Part shown: piece after piece, positions 1 through 14,184 of the stretch
Layout of the letters: the number at the start of each line of letters is the position of its first letter
Numbering within the stretch: the first letter of the stretch is position 1
Assembly: GCA_051294905.1 (NCBI GenBank)
Contig: CM119372.1
Span: 26,972,001 to 27,036,000, forward strand
Direction: 5' to 3'
DNA from: Botryllus schlosseri
Lineage: Eukaryota
DNA length: 64,000 nucleotides
The notes under the pieces: generated by a model
Told to the model about the DNA's origin: nothing
The model's database searches: none
The model's input: the letters and a program-made list of their open reading frames with translations, nothing else
Program-made: the position numbers and the translations under genes

Positions 1-217
1 CGTACGCCGTTTACGCAGTTACCACACTTCAAGTCGCAGCTCAACGGCGCACCTCTCGTGGCACATACGTTAAAATCACTGTTGCCGGGAAATTCATGTT
101 ACCGTACCATCATTAAGTTACTTGTTTACGTTGGAAAACGCCATAGTGACGTCATCTTGATAAAAAGTCGCTTGCAGCCCTTGCCCCACCACCCGATATT
201 GTCACGAGCCGCCACTG
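1..217 (+). mobile_element. Right end of a hAT element, same family as 39433-47603
   Basis: Ends in ...CCCTTGCCCCACCACCCGATATTGTCACGAGCCGCCACTG, matching the right terminus at ~47564-47603; similarity extends over ~200 bp. The left end is outside the window. Confidence 0.85.
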
Positions 218-1949
218 CCACTGGTATATATTATATACACATAGTCGTTTTATCACCATACTGACCGGGTCTCGATTGTACGCATACGGTACTGTACAGA
301 CGCCTTCGAATCTTATAGTAAATTAGTAAAGATGCATGTATCACAAATTGCTGAACCCACAAGAATGATCTAACGAACGCAGTTCCTGTTAGTTATAACA
401 CATTACTTCATATAACACATTACTTCATATCAACTGATGTTAATATTGTAGTACATACGGCATGGTACTGCAGACGATATCCATTGGCCGAGAATACCAT
501 CGGGGCTTTGGTTGATGTGTTGTAAATATGTATAATCATCATACAGATATAGCGTAGAGCAGAAAGCTCGACCAGTATGGTTGAGAAGTGATGATGACTG
601 ATGACGAGTGACCTCAACACCATAGAAATGAATGGAGTAGAATGGTAGAACTCGTGTGTAAGCGCAGTTCGAATACGGAGGCTTCCTGGGGAAATAACCG
701 AAGCCAGGACACCTTTCACACTTCATACTTCAATTTGGGATCACATAATACTTAGAGCGGCAGGTCTTCTTTAATATCTGACTGACATTGGCATTTCCGT
801 CAGTTTCGAGGTTATTACTATAACACAATATAGCATATTGCTAATATTCCATATGATTTCTTCTAGGTAGAGCAAGCGTACACAAGGGCACTAGCAATTG
901 CTCCCTTCAATCAATCATAAAGAGTGAAGACATTAGTCCAAGTTCAAAGTCTTAATAACATGGTACAAGGATATGGCAATAAAGACTCGAAATTTTCTGG
1001 TTACGGTACTGAAATTAATAAAACGTACCTGATCCAACGCACATCCATAGGAGGCAGGCAACAGAAAACATCATGTTCATTGTGTTATCAACGGATCTGG
1101 CTGAATAGACTGATAATTTTCTATAAAAGAATAAAGGTATGATACATGAATGGTGTTACTTTATCAATCTCATTAGGGAAGCACTATTGTTCTCGACAGA
1201 AATGGGGTGGTCGTGATTCACAATCTTTATCTACCTCTGAATCTCGACATCCATAGCTAATTCGAAGGCATGCACATAGACTTCTATAGATTCTATATCG
1301 GTTATTTTAGCATTGGTAGACGAAAATTGGCGAGTGCTATACATTGAACTGAAAATGCATATCATGACTACAACATACTATTACGTCGGTATGTGATAGC
1401 TCTTCATACATTCCAGCACTTATTGCACATCACACAAGTTTGCGAGAGATTATATGCTGAGTAATATTGAACTTATTGCAATTTATACTTGCCTATGCGG
1501 CAGTGCTTTTCAACCTGTTTCGCGCTACGGGAAGCATTAATCGTTCTGTCAATTCTGTCTTATTCTCCGACGACTCCTACAACTCTATCAAATATGCCGG
1601 ACCTGATTTATGGAACAGCACTCCCGGGAATTGAAAGGACACTAATTGGTATTTCACGGTTCTTACTTCTTAGTATCTATCTGAGTTAGTGACGTGGGGT
1701 GAGGTTCATGTCTGGTGAGACACCGACTCCATATTTACAAATATATAAACCCAACATGGTATCTCGTTCAGTTGGCTGTTGATACCTATGAGCATTAGCA
1801 CATAGTAGCACTCTACACGATCAGGTTACGTGAAAAGTCACCACATATTCACGTTTGAAGGTTGCTGTGGATTGAATATACGGAGCAGCTATATCATTCC
1901 TGATTGTATTTTCTCTACTACATGTTGCCCGTCGCAACTACGCGATTGT

Positions 1950-2220
1950 AGTGGCTATTTGTGGTATTCCGGGTGTTTTTCGACTGCGATGGTCATTTAC
2001 ACCAGGCCCATATTCTCCATTTTTGATTCCGCATATGCCGACTTGTAGCACGGCCCAGTTCTAGGCTTTTTTAGACACCGATTATGCAGATCAGATGGCG
2101 AGGAGCCTAGATTAACCTACAGCATTTGAGAAGAGATTCTCGACTCGACGTAGGCCGAACACGAATCCCAACCTATTGATGTTGCAGCTGTGGATTATAC
2201 CACTGCGACATCTCGGCCCC
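1950..2220 (-). mobile_element. tRNA-derived SINE (near full length, diverged)
   Basis: Minus strand begins GGGGCCGAGATGTCGCAGTGGTATAATCCACAGCTGCAAC (A-box-like, GCA anticodon-like loop) with a degenerate B box. The body is shared with copies at ~9620-10085, ~11850-11920 and 38142-38283. Confidence 0.75.
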
Positions 2221-2227
2221 CAACTAT

Positions 2228-2648
2228 CAGAGATGAGCATGGATTAAGATTAGGATTTGAAAAAACAGGATTTGTGAAATTTTGTCGGATTTGCATTGGA
2301 TTAGGATTAGAGATTGTTTTCAGAACGGATTAGGATTTGGATTGGATTTACCTATTTTCTGGGAGATCGATATGTCGTGTGGCGAATGGCGACAAACCTT
2401 ATTCAGATCAGTTATTAATGTACTTATGGTTACTAAGTTATCTTGAATCAAGGGAATCGTTGGTTGTGAAAGAAAATTTTCCAATTCCTCCCTCGCATAA
2501 ATTAGCATTTTCTCTGAATTTCCAGTTAGAATCGGATTAGGATTGGACATGAACTAGAATATGAAAAAGTTATAGATTAGGATTTGGATTTGGAGGTTCG
2601 GATTTGGATTGGATTAGGACATAGAAATTCCACATCCGCTCATCTCTG
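2228..2648. mobile_element. hAT-type MITE with GGATTA/GGATTT subterminal repeats
   Basis: TIR CAGAGATGAGC...GCTCATCTCTG; 8-bp TSD CCAACTAT at 2220-2227 and 2649-2656. Confidence 0.9.
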
Positions 2649-4725
2649 CCAACTATGCACGATTCATACAACACCGATGGTAACTGAATCGATAGCAAGC
2701 CGAATTTCAAAATCTTTGACCCATTTCCGGGAGTTCGGTACTTTAACATTCTTGATATTTAGTGCGGACAAAACCGTTTCTTCGCTAAGTTCGGCCAAAC
2801 GGGAGTGGAATCAAAGTGCCAGAATTAAGCGGAATGGACTGTATAACTGTCACTATTTAGGCTTGTTGGAACCATGTCACACCACATACAGCTTATTTAC
2901 GAGAACTCATCAACGAACAAAATTGCAAGCTGCTCGTAATCCAAAAATTGGCTCGTCCATTTGACGGGATTCGTAATGCGATCGAAACTGATATTTTGGT
3001 TAAGGATGTCTTCTCACACTGTCTCAAGTGCTCTTTCTGGACGCATAGCTCATGAACAATACATTACTATAAAACTGCCTATTGCAATAGTTCGGCGGGA
3101 ACCCCAATATAATACGTCTTACTGCTATTTTGCCTGGTCTAACTAAATGAGTTAGCTAGAGAAATCAGCAAATGATCTCCAATCCAAGCGTCTTGTGTCT
3201 GACATTCGACCTATTCCATAGCCTGAATAACTTCCCTATTTGTGGGCTCCCTTGCATGAGTCAACAGTATGGACGTCATACACACACACAAGGCAACACC
3301 GCCATACAGTGTCAAAGTGATTACGTGATCACATGGTTGCGATTAACCCATCGCGTCGCGAAATATCTCGAGTCTACACGCACGTGAGTCGGGCAGAGCC
3401 AATACTAAATCTACCGCGTATTACGTGATTACGTCCGATAAGTGATTTTCTGATTATTTCGTACGCACAGCACAGGGCTCTCCTGCTAATTAATCGAGCC
3501 AGCTAAACGTAAAACTTATCGTTCGCACTTCTACTTTCGGAAATAAGTCCTTATCACCGGAGTGATGCGTTGAACGTTGGAATAGGAAGACTTTTTGACG
3601 TTCGTCATCGACCTTATATCGAACTGATCCGTACGCCGTTCGCTACATTCACGTATCGCAAGTAACAGCTTAGAAAGACCAATTCCTGTTCGCCATCGTA
3701 ACCTATTTGCTTTGAAAGTCTGAACTATGCATGGCTCATGTTTTCATGACTAGTAACTACGCCCATGTCCTGTAATCCTGACATAATGTATCCCTTACAT
3801 CAGGGGTTCTCAACCTGCTGCCCGCAGACGTTTATTTTGCGGCTCGCGACATCTTTCATGATGAACGCAATCGCCTGTGGCACAGTATTGTTACTAGCAA
3901 CTTGGCTCCCTCTCTTTAATTATTATTAGTCATTCTTTGATGTGTTGTGGTTTCTTGATATTGCTCGAGTTCAGATTGTTATTGTTTTGAATCGGCATTC
4001 GGCTGGACTCCAGTTCAAGAGACGCGTGGTACAGAGTGTTTCACTCACCGCAAATGATTTGAACAGACACCAGGCTAGTAACGGGGGATTGAACGGCGTT
4101 AACTGCGTTTTAACTCTGCGTGAAACAGTGAACTTGCTTTCTCAGATATAAATGAAAAACAGCTGTGTCATATTTGTCGAAGAACGGTTGTCATAAAGAA
4201 GCATGGAAGTTAAAAATTATACCATAACCACGACAGTATCTTCTGGAGTGATACATAACGCCTGATCTTAGTAAAACATTGCTAGCTAGGTATCAAGCCC
4301 GGCAATCCATATTTCGAGGCATTGTTAAAATCAACGACGACGTAAGATACGTATCGTTCAAAATTGCTTACAAAAACGCTAAACCCAAGAACGAATAGAA
4401 CTAGAGAACGAATAGAACTTTATCATACTGTGCGAATATTCGCGGTTTCCGGGAATTAGCAGCAAGTACCACATCACCCGACAAATTGCGAAGCTACAGT
4501 TGTCTGATTCAAACGTGGCCAGAAGAGTAACAGCAATGTCAGTATAAATTTTATCGCATGTTCTGAAACACGTTGTCGCGTAGACGACTTTGGCCTAGCA
4601 TTAGACCAGCGGTGGGCAAACTTTTGGCTCGCGGGCCGCATACAACATCTAAATCCATTCGCGGGCCGCACTGAATTAAATTGAGATTATTAGCCAAAAG
4701 GCAATATTGGTATTTAATCATATAG

Positions 4726-4992
4726 CATTGGTGCTTAAACTTTATCAGACACGTCCCCTTAATGAAAGTGAAAAATTTTGCGCCCCCTTTATCGTGATAT
4801 CACAAAATATCCAAGAGATGAATCAGATTGCTAGCAATCCAAACGGATTGTTTGATATGAAATACGGACATTAGACAGAGCAATAACCATTAAATGGACA
4901 CAAATCGCGCCGAGCGCGAAAGTTTTTTCAGTTTGCTGTGGCTTCGCTCCTCCTTTCAGATGCTTCCACGCCCCCCAGTTTGACAACCACTG
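4726..4992. mobile_element. hAT MITE
   Basis: Degenerate TIR CATTGGTGCTTAAACT...AGTTTGACAACCACTG; TSD TCATATAG at 4718-4725 and 4993-5000. Confidence 0.75.
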
Positions 4993-5827
4993 TCATATAG
5001 GAACCGAAGAAATATGGATATAATATATAAGTGGATCGTCCTCATCAGTAACCAGGTTGAAAAGAAAAACACTCGTGGACCGAGCATTCAACGTCTAAAT
5101 CCATTCGCCTACCGCGCTATATAAAATTTGTATTATAAACCAAAACGCAATGTTGGTATTTAATTATATAGTGAGGATGTGGAAATTGGATATATTTCAT
5201 TTAAAACCAACCAAGCATTGATTTGAGGATATGGTACAAGCGTCAGAAACATTGGCGAGATTTCATAAGCTACTGGTCAACCTCAATATCACCAATTTTC
5301 AAAGCTTATATCGGGATGAAAGTCGGTTGTCCTGATTCTTAGAACAGGATGGAGATTTGAATCTGTGAGCAGTGATCTGTTTATAGATTTGCTGATCCTA
5401 CTTTTGGTTCAACTCCAGGACACACAATGCTGACAGCGTCATAACCATGTTAGCTTCAAATATGCTGTATATAGATTTTATAAATATAAATACTTCTGTA
5501 CATACAGAGAACGTAGGTAGATTACCAAACGCGCGAATCTGTTTTCCAAGTACAGCACCACCAGCTATAAACTTGCTGGGGTGGCTATTTAAAATTACAC
5601 TAGTGATCCGAAAGTCATTACCATTTTGACTTTCTGTAATGTTTAGCAATTGAAACCTTTTAAAATGCGTTGGCGTGGGCACCAACGATGAAATAAAAAT
5701 ATACTAGACAGAATCTAACTTATAATTATCATAGTGAAATATAATGAGAAAAAGTTTAATCGAGTACCTGCAGAAATTAGATTTTTACTGCGCATTTTTT
5801 GAATACTTTAAATACGATGCATTAGAC

Positions 5828-7825
5828 CAGTGGTACTTAACCTTGTCTTCAGCGCCCCCCAAGGGGCGCTGGCGATTTTGGAGGGAGCGGAAACGCTCAG
5901 GGGGCGATACGGGGAGTGGAAACGCTCAGGGGGCGATACGGGGGGCGCTAGGCTCAGGGGGGCGATATGGGGGGCGCTTAAGAAAAATGACTTCGCAGTA
6001 GATGATGTAGTAGTAGGACATATCATTAATGAGTATTCAGAGCAAATTAACATTCCACAAAACATGTCAAATCTCGAAATGTTTGGTCGCGCTACGCGAT
6101 GATGTTGCTACATGTTTTCATTAATATATTATTGGGTTAATATAATTCATGTAAAATGAATCGCGCGTACTTTTAGTCGTCAATTCCCCGTTAAAACACT
6201 GCCTTTGCGCTTGCTAGGGTTATTTTCAAGAAAATATTTCGAAGTAGGTATTATATCCTGCAGCGCAGAGCGTGTGGAAATCGAAGAAAGAGGCACTGTA
6301 TCTTGGAGAGTGAGAACATAAAATATTCTACATAAAATATGCTTTGAAGCTTTGTGCATAACTAAATATACTTGTGTTGGAGAGCTACAAAATTAAATCG
6401 TCAGAATACTTCTTCATCGTATCACAAAGGATGATACTATCTAGTGTTGTGGTCCACAACATCACATGAACGATATATAATATGAGTTGATTTGTTTGTA
6501 ATACACTCAGTACTAAATTCAATGTGAGCAGATATATGCATCCCATTCTCAGTTGACTTACTTAGTCACAAATAGCTATAAAACAAAATCCACTACCATT
6601 AATTTCCCCGTATTGCCAATCGCAGATGTGATTTAGGGATGTGTGCATCTGGTTTCAACCACAGGGTACATCTGGTTCGAACCACAGAGTCCGTACCCGA
6701 TAATTGTTATAAACAACTTTGATTTGACCCTGAATATACCACATACAATTATTATATCGTTTAATATAGTCGAGTTTTCCTCGGGCGCGATTAAAGCGCG
6801 AAATATTTCCACTACTAAAGTCCCAAAAAGACCAACCGGACTTTGACCTCTTTCCAGGACCGAAACTGGTGCAACCCAAACCCTCCAATCGGTGAAAGGG
6901 TCGGCGAACTCGAAGGGTGCCTTCAATTATTTCGGTGAATGAACATAAATTACACATCATGTTTTGACGACTCCCTAACGAAAAAATATGCATAATTAAA
7001 GAAAATAGAAATAGGCATTTCGGTGTCGGCCATTACCCCGCCACGATGCGCGAAGACATTGAAGTTTCGGCCAATATGGGACTCCGGAAAGTGAGCCAAA
7101 AAAATAGTCAGCGAGAAAACCTTAGCCGAAGAGGATTGCCCTTATGTTGACTGTAAACTTCCATGTAGGCTATATAAGCCTAATTGTCCATAGGTGCTTA
7201 AATCGCTCGTGCCAAATCATCATGTCGTCGCAATCTGAACCACACAGGACGAATAAGATCCATCAGAGAAAAATTATTCGCCAGTGAAGAAATACCAATT
7301 TTGAATTATGTGCTTCTTTTAGTTATATACGTTTATGCCATTCAATATCTTTTGACAATATAGCGGACAAGAGGTAGCATGATAACATCATGTAACGAGG
7401 TAATTGTACCCACGGGCAACCCCAAATATGTTTAATTATTAATTACGTACCCTACCTTTTCTAAGACAACAGCTCACTCAGCGCTACTGGGAAACCAGAT
7501 TACGGGGGCTGAGAGGATAAAAAAATTTTGCCGACATTATATGCAATTACCACCTATTCATTCATGCTTCATAGAACTTTACTGACCATTGAAATCACGC
7601 GACGGGGTACTTGGGAGCGAAGCCCCCAGAAGTTTGGTTTATCACGCTATGGATGCCCAAGACCATCGTTCTTAGAAGGGGGGGGGGGGGGCTGACGAAG
7701 TGCTGTTACGTTTCTCCCTCTTACCCATTGTTTTTATTACAGTTCATACAATATGGGGGGGGGGGCGCTAGGGCATGATAAATTTTGAAAGGGGGCGCTG
7801 GAGGTAAAAAGGTTAAGAACCACTG
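5828..7825. mobile_element. Non-autonomous hAT (Buster-like) element, 2 kb, G-rich subterminal repeats
   Basis: TIR CAGTGGTACTTAACCT...AGGTTAAGAACCACTG; perfect TSD CATTAGAC at 5820-5827 and 7826-7833; GGGGGCG repeats near both ends. Confidence 0.88.
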
Positions 7826-8498
7826 CATTAGACGAATCCACCGACTCCATGGACATTGTATAGCTAATTATCTGGGTGCGTTTTATCAGAGTGGACATAT
7901 TTGCAGGGGGGATGGTGGCAGGGCAAACGTGGGGGAAGGGACCAACAAAAAACATCAACTTGACAAAACTGACTTCTGTAACTATTGGTGCAGGGCTCCA
8001 GTCATGGAAGGAAAAGAAAAGGGTTGATTGGTTAGCCCAGAAATGACCCCGAACGCCAGACTTCTTTTCATATCACTGAGAGCTCAAAGTGATAATGGCC
8101 TCTGTTACGAAAAAGTTACCGTAATTTTATACTTGCTCGCTCACGCATTGAAAAGTGGAGTTTGGTTCTCTGGTGGAAGGGTTTGAAAGTGCATATACCG
8201 ACTAGGCAAGGAATGCAATGCACGCTCCATGAAGTGATTTACTTGCGCCGCTGGAATGTACCTATTCTCACAAAAAAACAGCAACTACAAACTTACAGAC
8301 GCCGTCCATTAATGCTTTAGAATGCATTGAAATGTAATAAATGCCCGTATACGACTGGTAAATAGGATACAGTAGCCTAAATGTAATAGTAGCCCACAAA
8401 TACATGGTAATAATGTTCTGCGGCCCGCAACGTCCTTTGGTATTAAAATGCTACCCGTTAAACATAGGAAGTTGAGAACCCCTGATGATGCCTTTCAT

Positions 8499-9469
8499 CA
8501 GTGGTTCCCAGCCTATTTTGGTGTCGGAGCCGCATTTCAAATTTCAGAGTACCTTTGGAGCCGCACGAATACACTAATTAGGTATAACAAAAATTATAAA
8601 GCATGAAAGCACGTACCAACGAATAGCAACACTAGCCAGAAATAAAATACACAAATCAATTTAATGTCCAACTTGGCATTGACTTTGAGCTTCAAGAAGT
8701 GTGTCAAAGCGAGGCGTAATTGCAGAGAATACAGTACGCAGTAGCTGCTTGCTAAAAAGCGCCTCACATACATAAGTTGATCACAATGAAGAATCGTTTT
8801 TCTGGGCATTAGTTATCAAGTTGGGATACTTTCCCTCTGGAGCTTGATTCCAAAATTCAAGTAATTCTTCACTTTTAAATAATTGCTTGAGCTCGATATC
8901 GGACTGCATGTCTAGCAAGTATCAACTCAAGTTGAAAATTACTAGGGGCAGTGGCCACATTAACTGCAATAGAATTCAAAAATATTTTCATCATGGGCAA
9001 AAAAGCATTCATTCCATCAAAGCGGCGGCTAAACTCATCAATAAAGTTGCTGATAAGCCTGTTGTATGCATCAAATGATCCATTTGTTTGATGGGCAGAT
9101 TCCGTTGGAAAATGTGTGGGAACAGCATCTGCACTTATGTCTGGTGAGGTGAGCTGACTTAAATTTGAGTGCCGATACGAACGCATTTGAGCGTGAGTAT
9201 ACTTTTTGGCGCGAGTTGAGTAACGAAGTCGTTGTTGATCGGGGAATCACTACTCGACAGCATAGGAATTGGTCTCCACCCTTAGCCTAATTATAAACTA
9301 CCGACTCTGAGCCAAGCAAGGGTAATTTTTAAACATTAAGTTTTTTTGTTTTGTTATATATATATATATTTTTTAATATTTTTGTGGGATTTTCAAACGT
9401 CAATGGGAGCCACAAGAACCCTAGCTGGGAGCCACATGCGGCTCTCGGAGCCGCGGTGGGGAATCAGTG
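8499..9469. mobile_element. hAT MITE
   Basis: TIR CAGTGGTTCCCCA...TGGGGAATCAGTG; GGAGCCGC subterminal motifs; degenerate TSD CCTTTCAT/ACTTACAT. Confidence 0.7.
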
Positions 9470-9750
9470 ACTTACATAGTTAAGCCCACAAGACAGTGTT
9501 TCTCAAACTTTCACCAGTCACGTACCACTACTTTTTTTACCACACCGCGTACCACCTCGATCTCGAATGACCTATTTTAGAGAAATGTAACAGTATTAAT
9601 AATAATTTGCGTTGTTGTTGTTCGTGGTATTGATGGCGTTGGTTGACTACTATGGTCATTTATATCAGGCCATCTGTCATCATTTTTATTCCGTAGATGC
9701 CGAGTTATAGCACGGCCCACCTCTTGGCTTTTGTAAGACACCACTAACAC

Positions 9751-10052
9751 TATGGTTACGATATTTTAGAAAGCTAAAAAGAGGACACTTTTACAAAATT
9801 TTCATACTTGCAATACCGGAGGAAAATCCTGAAAATGGTAAGAGGTCAACTTTCCGGCCCAACTTCCGAATTACCCGTCGGAGCGTTATTGAGTACTGAT
9901 TTCCTATATTTCAGCCAAATTTTACCCTATATTTAACCAAAATTTTGAAAAGAGAGGACAAATTCTCAAAAAAGATAACATTAGGGCGTACACCGAGGAC
10001 CCTTTCAAAAAAGAGGAAAAATCCTTTTAAAAGAGGACGTATGGTATCCCTA
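9751..10052. mobile_element. MITE (TAGGGTTACCAT-type termini) inserted in a SINE copy
   Basis: TSD ACTAACAC at 9743-9750 and 10053-10060; AAAAGAGGAC repeats; SINE sequence resumes on both sides. A related copy lies at ~42173-42516. Confidence 0.8.
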
Positions 10053-10416
10053 ACTAACACTGGTGTGATGGCGAGGAGGAGTCTCGGGCTGTCATAAAAC
10101 CGGAATTTCCCGGACATGTCCGGAATTTCACTGTACAAACTTGCTTCCGGAAGGAATTTTTAAAATATGCCCAAATGTCCGGAATTTTGAAGGCTTGACG
10201 TAGGCTAATAATTTTTTTCGTAAATCAACATATTAACATTATTTTTAACAATATTTATGGTACATGATATTTTTCGTCGGGCCGCGCGCGATTTACTATC
10301 TCATTTATTGATTTTAATATGGGGCTATCACCCTCTCAAATGCAATAAAATATAAACAAAAATAACAGTCATTTGCTGAAATAAGCCTAATTGTAATCGC
10401 AATTATAGGAGAACGG

Positions 10417-11015
10417 CAGGGTTGTAACCAAGTCACAAGGCTCCGAGTCACAAGTCAATCTCCCTTTTATACTTTTGACTCGAGTCAAGTCGAGTCATTT
10501 TCAATTCACCACCGAGTCAAGTCCTAGTCCAAGTCAGCGAGCATAGGGAAAAGTCCGAGTCATTATACTATGACTCGAGTCCGAGTCCAAGTCATTGTGC
10601 TGACTGCTCAGTTTCCAGTTAAATTTTTGTTGAAGCCACTTTTTATAGCTCTGTTTGGTGATATCGGATATTTTGCATCTACTATACACTAATTTCCTCA
10701 CTTTTAGCAGTTTCTGGTCGAATTTTCAAGTGCCAGTACCAATAAACGAAATCCCAATAGTGTTGTTATAACTTTACTATTCTTCGAAATTACAAATAAA
10801 TGTCGGACTTGGCCGTCTGAGTCTCGAGTCATATGACTTGGTTCGAGTCATGAGCAATGACTCGAGTCCAAGTCGAGTCAATACAAAAATTGACTCGAGT
10901 CGAGTCGAGTATTTTCCGTATTTTGAGAAAATGACTCGAGTCAAGTCGAGTCATCAGAAAAACGTGACTCGAGTCGGACTCGAGTCGACTCATGACTCGA
11001 GTCATTACAACTCTG
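10417..11015. mobile_element. hAT-type MITE with dense GACTCGAGTC subterminal repeats
   Basis: TIR CAGGGTTGTAA...TTACAACTCTG; TSD GAGAACGG at 10409-10416 and 11016-11023. Confidence 0.9.
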
Positions 11016-11849
11016 GAGAACGGTGTATTGCTAGAGATGGTTAATGCTGTTTGAATGCTTTATTCAAAGATAGCGGTTCCAAACGTGGGGGTTGTTTGCC
11101 TTCATTCTGGGGTTCGCGAATATGTTGAACGTAATCAGCTTCCAAAATAGCCCGCGGGTAGGTCTGGGCAAAGGTCCTGACTTCATTTAGTAATCAGCTC
11201 ATTAAATTTTGATCTGGGCCACGGAATATTTTCAAATGGGAGATGGAGTCGCAGCCATAAAAGGTCGGAAACCACTGTATGTGAGGTGTTCATAAAGTTC
11301 CGTGGTGCCCACCGGCATAAGGCTGATAAACAATCTTATCGGTGTGACATGGACATGACTTAACGATATACAATTGTACGCTCCCTGTATTTTCGAAGTC
11401 ATTAGCATCCACCAGCTCTACCGCTGACTCTGATCATGTGGGAGGAGAGAGGATCAAACTATATAGTAATATGGAAGAACCAATATTATTGACAGAGTTC
11501 ATTCAAAATATAGAACGACAAGATGCATATAGAATCCAGATGCATATATAGCACGCTTCTCCGGAAGTTGCATCGATTATACCTTATGGTGGGCCCAAAA
11601 TTATTGTTTATTAGGGCGGGAAAGGTCTGAAAAAATGTGGTTTCACAACAGACAGTCACATACTCCTGAACCGGATCGTGACAATCTCTGATCTATAAGC
11701 AAAGCTTTAATAGTGTGACATCATATTGACGGACAATGTGCTCATAGCTCATTTTGAAATCCACTAGTCGGCGCTAAAGAGTGTCCGTAATTGGGGTCAG
11801 AGAAATATGGTAACCCTACTAGATAAATCTCAAACACTTAAGTATGAAT

Positions 11850-11920
11850 TCTGGAGTCGACCTGGGTCGGACTCGAACCCGCAACCCATTGGTCTTGCAG
11901 CTGTGGATTATACCACTACC
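11850..11920 (-). mobile_element. tRNA-related head of the SINE family
   Basis: Minus strand GTAGTGGTATAATCCACAGCTGCAAGACCAATGGGTTGCGGGTTCGAGTCCGACC, with a perfect B box GGTTCGAGTCC; matches the 1950-2220 head. Confidence 0.7.
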
Positions 11921-14147
11921 GGCACTACGTTATCGTGCCACAATTTTCGTTGGTAATATACCATAACACCGATGAACAGTAAGAAAAGCAGATTTAGCTT
12001 GATGCAACTGTTACCTGTAGACAAGATTGCCTATGCGACGTGTAACATCATTCACAGCACATCGTAGAATATGTCCATAGTCCAGGCTCAATTTGACAAT
12101 CTTGGCCATTTAATGACCGTAAGCCCTTCCCCGCACTAACACGCCGAAGTAGTGATATCAATTCTTATTTTCTGCATGTCTTGAATGAAAATGCCGTTTC
12201 AACAGGGTAGGCTCCGTGGTCGCGCCAAAAACCGTTTTCATACAAATTACACACAATATAAAATTTATCGTCCGTGCTGTACTGATGCAATATTATACTA
12301 ACCAGGTATTAGGAAACTATTGTCTTCCTTGCGACACTGATGCATTACAATGTCAGCCAGGGGTGGGCAATTATTTTTCTCCGCGGGCCAAATGAAAAGC
12401 AGCAGAAAGTGTTGGTGGTCCGAGTCAAAAAAATTTAACTGTATTCTCCAGCGTATTAATTCTATTTCTAAATTGAAAGCAGTGAATTACGCCGTTAAGA
12501 AATGCTGCTCGGGGTGTGTAAATATAAGGAAATGTGAAACTGGCGGTTATTTACCAAAAAATAATAGGCCTATTTATTTGCCGTCATATCTCGAAACAAT
12601 GTTTAACATGATATATTTTGAACTCTCTTTAAACCCCTATCCGCGTTTTTCTATCAAGACAATAAAATTTATTTGGGCAGCTACAAAGCTTATTGTCTTC
12701 GACGCTGCCTTCCGAGCAGTGTGCAATTTGGTGAAATAGCCTTGTTGTTGAGACAAGCTTGCAGTTCTTTTCTGAGATTCGCCCTCCCTTGACCAAGTGT
12801 AGCCTATATCTTCTTGTTTTTGTAAGACCGACTTAAGTTATACTCTTCAAACCCGGCGACCTGCACGCCACTAACTACTAAAACAGGGGTTCTAAACCTG
12901 GGGGGCGCGGGAAGCTCTCAGAGGGGGCGCGAGAAATTAACCACGTCTGTATGAATTCTGACTAAAAATGTGCATCACAATCATTCTGAGAAGACGATTG
13001 TTAAAGATGTAACTGATTTCGTATTCAAGAAATCTCGGAATAAATTCTAACTCCAGCATTCGCGCTCAACGGAGTATAGGCTGATTTCAACTTCATTTGA
13101 GCAAATTTTTGATATTCTTTGAAAATTTGGAGCAATTCTCACGTGTAAGTCATTCATTACTTCATAGCTTTGCAGTATCCTAAAGTTCAAGTTCGGATGC
13201 GCTGGGTAGCAGTTGTTATTAATTGGCGAACTGCACTGCCTAAGACAGATTTAGATGCAATATAGGTTACCCGGTTTCGCCCTCAATTAAGCTACCCTAA
13301 ATAAACACAATTTATTCAATTCCAAAACCGATCGAATTTAGCATGTCAGTACAGAACGATGCCGTGCTCTCTGTAGTCACTACCAGCATTAGGATTTCTC
13401 AGTGCAACCTACCTTAAAATAATTTAATGTCCTGTTCAATGTTTCTTTGCTATTTTCAAACAAGTTTGGGGAAATTTGTCAGAAATGTTAAAGACTCAAC
13501 AACTGGAATGCGGATTCAAACTTTGCGTAAGACATACCATATGTATATTATTAGATCAGGGAAGGGCAACCTGTTGCTGTAGATGGGAATTTGTGCGGCC
13601 GTCTACACCCAATTCAATTAGCATGTGTAGACATTCGTCGACATGCAAATTGAAATGACGAATTCACTCCAAAATTTTTGAGAGATTTTAATTAATTTTG
13701 AAATTTTCTTCACACTCCGCGATATTCAACATAACCTAATTTTTCGATTTTAATATAGTAGCGCCCTTCTCACTGTTAGCCGGAATCGGAATCGTGCGTT
13801 CCGCACGAAAGAAATTTGTTTATGGTACATTTGGGCGATTTTAATATATTTCCACTACCGATACAATCGACTATCCTGATCGGGGGTCACAAAATAACAG
13901 CATGCAACCAAGTGACTAATAACATTTGGCCCACCCGAAAATGCATTATCATTTATAACTTGCCCTAAATTTTCAAAAGCTCTCTCTCTCAATGAACCCT
14001 ACCGGTGTATCTGATCACATGGGCTAAGAGAGGATAAATATTTGATAATAATATGTGATACTGCTACTATTAATTACTAATATTAGGATCTTGGTTGTTT
14101 TCACACCCTATTTACCGTCCACTTGCAACGTAATAATTTTATTTATT

Positions 14148-14184
14148 ACACGAGCTTTCGGAGCTCCGCTCCTTCTTCAGGTGT
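14148..14184 (-). ncRNA. Minimal type I hammerhead ribozyme motif (PLE pLTR)
   Basis: Reverse complement of ACAC CTGAAGA A GGAGC GGA GCTCC GAAA GCTC GTGT. Confidence 0.85.

Larger units (their letters stand above)
3801..8484. mobile_element. Non-autonomous hAT (Charlie/Buster-like) element with nested insertions
   Basis: TIR CAGGGGTTCTCAAC...GTTGAGAACCCCTG. Left flank is CCTTACAT; only a degenerate, displaced copy (CCTTTCAT, 8491-8498) lies on the right. Confidence 0.55.

Noticed and set aside
2228..2648. TTAGGA/ATTAGA runs (also 56318-57178) as interstitial telomeric repeats
   Set aside because: Degenerate, confined within TIR/TSD-bounded MITEs, and not a canonical telomere unit.
398..4420. 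Short local tandem duplications (398-433, 4388-4420)
   Set aside because: Ordinary slippage-type duplications with no further structure.
10417..11015. GACTCGAGTC repeat clusters (also 47769-48740) as a CRISPR array
   Set aside because: Irregular short repeats without unique constant-length spacers, bounded by TIRs and 8-bp TSDs, with no cas genes and in a eukaryotic context.
11850..11920. Functional tRNA-Cys gene
   Set aside because: No proper acceptor stem, and it is continuous with the SINE body seen in other copies.
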